Source of the DNA: Pseudothermotoga sp.
GTDB taxonomy: Bacteria > Thermotogota > Thermotogae > Thermotogales > DSM-5069
NCBI GenBank assembly: GCA_041640575.1
Contig: JBEPZZ010000033.1
Coordinates: 1 to 11,508 of the forward strand
Direction of reading: 5' to 3'
Length of the DNA: 11,508 nt
Positions 8,254 to 11,508 of the stretch are shown piece by piece. The notes beneath the pieces are model-generated. The model searched no databases. It saw only the letters and a list, made by a program, of their open reading frames with translations, and was not told where the DNA came from. The number at the start of each line of letters is the position of its first letter. Within the stretch, counting starts at the first letter, position 1. The position numbers and the translations under genes are program-made.

Positions 8254-8745
8254 TCAAAAACTTTCCAAAAGATCTGTCAAAATCTTTACATGGCTCATTT
8301 CTTCCTTAACTATCAAATCAATTTTGTCTTTTCCAAGTTCGTTCGGGACATATTCTTTTATACCGAGGTAGAAGATTATCGAATCCTTCTCAAGATCTAT
8401 AGCAATCCTCAATACATCGGAAACTGTCTTAACTTTTTCAAACTTTTCAAGTGCATTTGCTCTCAGATCGAAAACCTTGCTATTGGCTATTGAATGCAAG
8501 TATAACTTTGCCTCGTTTTGTGGATCAAGAAACTGAGAGATTTGGCTTTCCTTGTTGGCAAGAACAGCTCTCATTTCATGAAATCTCTTTTCATGGTTCC
8601 TTTCCATTTCTGCGAGGTTCAATAATATTGATTTTTTTGAGTATTCTGGGAATTTCTCGGCTGCTTTCGAATAAAACTGGACCCCATTTCTCTCGATTTG
8701 TTCTGCTATTTCGAAGATTTCATCGATATTAAACATTCTTTTCAC
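8254..8745 (-). CDS. Rubrerythrin-like / ferritin-like di-iron four-helix-bundle protein without a rubredoxin domain
   Basis: Two E-x6-Y...ExxH units: ERNGVQFY...ERNH and EKDSIIFY...EMSH; no CxxC. Start is GTG 8745 (overlapping the ferritin stop) or ATG 8736 (SD GGGAGTG). Confidence 0.85.
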   Translation of the reverse strand: MKRMFNIDEIFEIAEQIERNGVQFYSKAAEKFPEYSKKSILLNLAEMERNHEKRFHEMRAVLANKESQISQFLDPQNEAKLYLHSIANSKVFDLRANALEKFEKVKTVSDVLRIAIDLEKDSIIFYLGIKEYVPNELGKDKIDLIVKEEMSHVKILTDLLESF

Positions 8746-9230
8746 TCCCTTTTTGCAAGTTCGCGATCTACCATAATTATACCAACTGGAGAATCTTTAA
8801 CCTGTTTAAATAATTCAACGATTTTCATTGCGTTGGCTTCTTCCTCGATTTGTTCGTTAACAAACCATTGCAAAAACACTTGGGCTGCATGGTCATTTTC
8901 CATCCGGGCAAGTTCAACAAGGTTGTGAATGCTAGCCGTTACCTTTTGCTCGTGTTCATAGACATGCTGAAAGACATCAAGTGGTGATGACCAGTTTTTG
9001 GAAAGAAGTTGTAAAGGATAGAACTCAACTTTTCCACCACGCTCAATTATGTGATTGTAGAATTTCATTGCATGCGTAAACTCTTCCTTTGCCTGAACTT
9101 TCATCCAGTGAGCAGAGCCCTCAAGATTCATGCCGTCAAAATAACCGGCCATTGTCAAATACAAATACGCTGATTCCAATTCTTTCTTGATTTGCTCATT
9201 GAAAGCCTTTTCAATCTTTGAATTAATCAT
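8742..9230 (-). CDS. ftn: Non-heme ferritin
   Basis: 162 aa with ferroxidase motifs N.QI.KELESAYLY, QA.EE..HA.KF, HEQ.VT..I, FLQWFV.EQ.EEE, and C-terminal DRELAKR. SD AAAGGGGG at 9244-9237. Confidence 0.93.
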   Translation of the reverse strand: MINSKIEKAFNEQIKKELESAYLYLTMAGYFDGMNLEGSAHWMKVQAKEEFTHAMKFYNHIIERGGKVEFYPLQLLSKNWSSPLDVFQHVYEHEQKVTASIHNLVELARMENDHAAQVFLQWFVNEQIEEEANAMKIVELFKQVKDSPVGIIMVDRELAKRE

Positions 9231-9253
9231 GTTCTTCCCCCTTTCTAGTGCAT

Positions 9254-9306
9254 AATTTGTACATTTTAAAGATCTGGGGGATTAGCCCCCAGATCTTTTA
9301 CAAATT
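9254..9306 (-). other. Long intergenic stem-loop between prx and ftn (weak terminator or mRNA-processing/stabilising hairpin)
   Basis: 13-bp core AAAGATCTGGGGG (9268-9280) / CCCCCAGATCTTT (9286-9298) with a 5-nt loop, extended by AATTTGTA (9254-9261) / TACAAATT (9299-9306) across a 6-nt bulge. Confidence 0.75.
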
Positions 9307-9314
9307 TCATTTTA

Positions 9315-9947
9315 TCAAACTTTCTTATGACATAACCACCAATCTAAACATTTGTATTCTTTCATTCGCTTTTTCGCATCTTCAATAGTGTTTGCTGGTG
9401 GGATGATGACTTCATCGCCAAAAAGTTCGTTGTTAGGCCAGTTAGCAGGTATTGCAACTTTATTGCTGTCAGCAACCTGAAACCCTCTCACTATGCGAAG
9501 AATTTCATCAATATTTCTGCCAAGTTCTTGTGGGTAATACAGTATGGCTCTTATTATGCCATTCGGATCGATTACAAAGACGGCTCTAACAGTGTTAGTT
9601 CCTTTTCCCGGATGAATCAAACCAAGCATTTCCGAAACCTTACCGGTGTCTGCAATGATTGGAAACTCGATTTCTACGTTCAGTTTTTCCTTGATCCATT
9701 CAACCCACTTGATGTGTGAGAACACTTGATCTACACTCAAGCCTATTAACTCACAGTTCAGCTTTCTAAATTCATCATAACGTTTTTGAAAAGCAACAAA
9801 TTCCGTTGTACAGACAGGTGTGAAATCGGCTGGATGGCTGAATAACACAAACCATCTCCCTTTGTACTGATCTGGCAATTTCATCTTCCCATGCGTTGTA
9901 ACAACTTCCATTTCCGGTAGCTTATCGCCCAACAGTGGTATACCCAC
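9315..9947 (-). CDS. Peroxiredoxin, Prx6 subfamily (archaeal/Thermotoga type with C-terminal cysteines)
   Basis: Peroxidatic motif [29 protein letters not shown]-terminal CLDWWLC. Start is the in-frame GTG 9947 with SD GGAGGTG (9960-9954) 6 nt upstream, not 9977. Confidence 0.93.
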   Translation of the reverse strand: MGIPLLGDKLPEMEVVTTHGKMKLPDQYKGRWFVLFSHPADFTPVCTTEFVAFQKRYDEFRKLNCELIGLSVDQVFSHIKWVEWIKEKLNVEIEFPIIADTGKVSEMLGLIHPGKGTNTVRAVFVIDPNGIIRAILYYPQELGRNIDEILRIVRGFQVADSNKVAIPANWPNNELFGDEVIIPPANTIEDAKKRMKEYKCLDWWLCHKKV

Positions 9948-10040
9948 TCTAATCACCTCCATGTTTAAATATACCATACTAGCATTTCACTATTTAATAT
10001 GAGATTATTTTGTAAGCTGCATGACAATAACACGTAATAT

Positions 10041-10068
10041 AAGATAAGGAGACCGTTTGAATTGTCAA
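10041..10068 (-). promoter_or_regulatory. Putative sigma-A promoter for the prx-ftn cluster
   Basis: Minus strand TTGACA (10068-10063), 16 nt, TATCTT (10046-10041), just downstream of the preceding terminator. Confidence 0.55.
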
Positions 10069-10092
10069 TGAATTAAAGCGTATTCGTACTTC

Positions 10093-10128
10093 AAAAAAGA
10101 AAAACCCGGGCAAACTTTGCCCGGGTTT
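10093..10128 (-). terminator. Rho-independent terminator after the substrate-binding protein gene
   Basis: Inverted repeat AAACCCGGGCAAA-C-TTTGCCCGGGTTT (10102-10128); on the minus strand the GC stem is followed by TTTTTCTTTTTT. It begins about 25 nt past the stop at 10153. Confidence 0.88.
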
Positions 10129-10152
10129 CTAGATAATATTTCGTTTACTTTT

Positions 10153-11508
10153 TCACTCTTCCTTGCTTAAGTAGTAATAATCTTCACCCGACCTCATTGG
10201 ATTATGGAACCAACCTTTTACCCACGATCTTCTTACGCTGAATCCCATACCTTCATACAGGGTGATTCCCAGAACATGGTTTATTGCGAATTTTTGGACT
10301 TCTTCGTAGAGTTTTTGCCTTACTGCTGCGTTGACTTCGTTAGCTGCTTGCTCAATAATCTCATTACAGCTTTTGCCACCAAGCTCTCGAGTTGGTGTGG
10401 AGACGAATTTCTTAAAGTTTTCACCTTGTGCAAAGCCATATGTTCCAGCGGAGTGATAGTATGTCTGGATGAAATTGTGTGGGTCAGGATAATCAGCATG
10501 CCAACCAATTATGAAGGCTGGTAAGTAACCATTTTTGTATGAAGTAAGATATGTTGGCCACTGCTCTCCACGGACTTCAACCTTAAACTTTGGATTGATC
10601 ATTTCAACGTACGTCTTAATCATTTCGGCAACAGTCCTTCTGACTTCGTTTCCTGTGTTATAAAGCAACACAAGTTTGAAACCTTTCTTCCAGACCTCGC
10701 CATTCCATGCTTTCTTAAACTCTTCCGTTGCTTTTACAATACTAAATTCAAACATTGGGAGATTTGGACTGTACCCTATAAGACCTGAAGGCAAAGCTGT
10801 TGGCACTCTCTTACCAAGTCCTCTTAGTACGTCATTTATAACGGCGTTGTAGTTGATTATGTAGGCAAATGCTCTTCGCGCGTGCTCGTCGCTGAAGAAA
10901 TCAGGTGGAATTCCATTGCCATCCAGTTTTCCGGAACCTATGTACTTACTGTCTGGTCTTACATTCCAGTTGAAGTGCAAGGCGTGTACTGTAAGTGTTT
11001 GGAATGGTTTTTCAACTACAATACCCGGTGCATTCTCTATCTGTGGAAGATAAAGTGTTGGAACAGCTGCTATATCTGCATCTCCTCTTTCAAGCATAGC
11101 TTTCATTGTAGACCATTCTCCAACATTCCAAATGATTACTCTCTTGATCTTAGCTGGCCCTCTCCAGTATTCGTCAAATCTTTCAAGTACAACTCTCTGT
11201 TGCGACCTATCCCATTCTATGACTTTGAAAGGACCGGTTCCGTTTGCTTTTGCGTACAGTGGTGACTGCTCTTTTGGTATATCGTGGTATTTCCACCAAG
11301 TATCAGCACGACCATCCCAGCATCCTTGTTCGATGCTCCACTTTTTGTTCAAAATCGAACTCCAGTAACCATAGTGACAAAGGATGGAGAGGAATGGTCC
11401 AAATGGTCTGGTCAGCGTGAATACCACGCTGTCACCTTCAACTTTGATAGCTGGATCGATATAGTCCTTGTAGAATTTGATAAGAGCTTCTCTGTACTCT
11501 GGCAGATC
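10153..11508 (-). CDS. ABC transporter family-5 (OppA/DppA-like) peptide/oligosaccharide substrate-binding protein, C-terminal part; starts beyond the right edge
   Basis: Motifs NGTGPFKV..W, LERFDEYWRG, FFSD..ARRAF.Y, GW.ADYPDP.NF, RQKLY.EVQ. The frame stays open from 11427 to 11508 (DLPEYREALIKFYKDYIDPAIKVEGDSVVFTL), so 11427 is not the true start. Confidence 0.92.
   Translation of the reverse strand, partial: DLPEYREALIKFYKDYIDPAIKVEGDSVVFTLTRPFGPFLSILCHYGYWSSILNKKWSIEQGCWDGRADTWWKYHDIPKEQSPLYAKANGTGPFKVIEWDRSQQRVVLERFDEYWRGPAKIKRVIIWNVGEWSTMKAMLERGDADIAAVPTLYLPQIENAPGIVVEKPFQTLTVHALHFNWNVRPDSKYIGSGKLDGNGIPPDFFSDEHARRAFAYIINYNAVINDVLRGLGKRVPTALPSGLIGYSPNLPMFEFSIVKATEEFKKAWNGEVWKKGFKLVLLYNTGNEVRRTVAEMIKTYVEMINPKFKVEVRGEQWPTYLTSYKNGYLPAFIIGWHADYPDPHNFIQTYYHSAGTYGFAQGENFKKFVSTPTRELGGKSCNEIIEQAANEVNAAVRQKLYEEVQKFAINHVLGITLYEGMGFSVRRSWVKGWFHNPMRSGEDYYYLSKEE

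Noticed and set aside
8254..9230. Encapsulin nanocompartment cargo system involving the ferritin-like proteins
   Set aside because: No encapsulin shell gene in the window and no C-terminal targeting peptide on either protein.
947..11368. The remaining short ORFs in the track (e.g. 1041-1424 -, 2888-3184 +, 6382-6699 +, 7390-7710 +, 10882-11265 +)
   Set aside because: They overlap well-supported genes antisense or out of frame and show no recognisable domains; treated as shadow ORFs.
1..11508. CRISPR array, IS/transposase, integrase, tRNA/rRNA, or defence and toxin-antitoxin genes
   Set aside because: No regularly spaced repeats, terminal inverted repeats or matching protein motifs; nearly all of the window is explained by housekeeping-type genes.

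Overview
AT-rich bacterial window (roughly 38-40% GC by eye) whose proteins and gene order look like Thermotogae; a Pseudothermotoga/Thermotoga-like source is my inference. From left to right it holds the 5' part of a secreted type I pullulanase (minus strand, missing from the ORF track) and a divergent NhaC-family transporter. A run of minus-strand genes follows: a REC-like/HD-GYP cyclic-dinucleotide phosphodiesterase, a sodium:solute symporter, an ABC exporter half-transporter, prmC, a DUF59/SufT protein, a rubrerythrin-like di-iron protein, ferritin, a Prx6-type peroxiredoxin, and the 3' part of a family-5 ABC substrate-binding protein. I see no CRISPR array, mobile element, tRNA/rRNA or recognisable riboswitch, and no clearly novel system. 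The best leads are (1) a tightly packed peroxide/iron/Fe-S module running into prmC, (2) a long bulged hairpin just upstream of the ferritin ribosome-binding site, (3) a probable ATT start codon on the ABC exporter, and (4) an atypical receiver domain on the HD-GYP protein with repeated operator-like boxes upstream.
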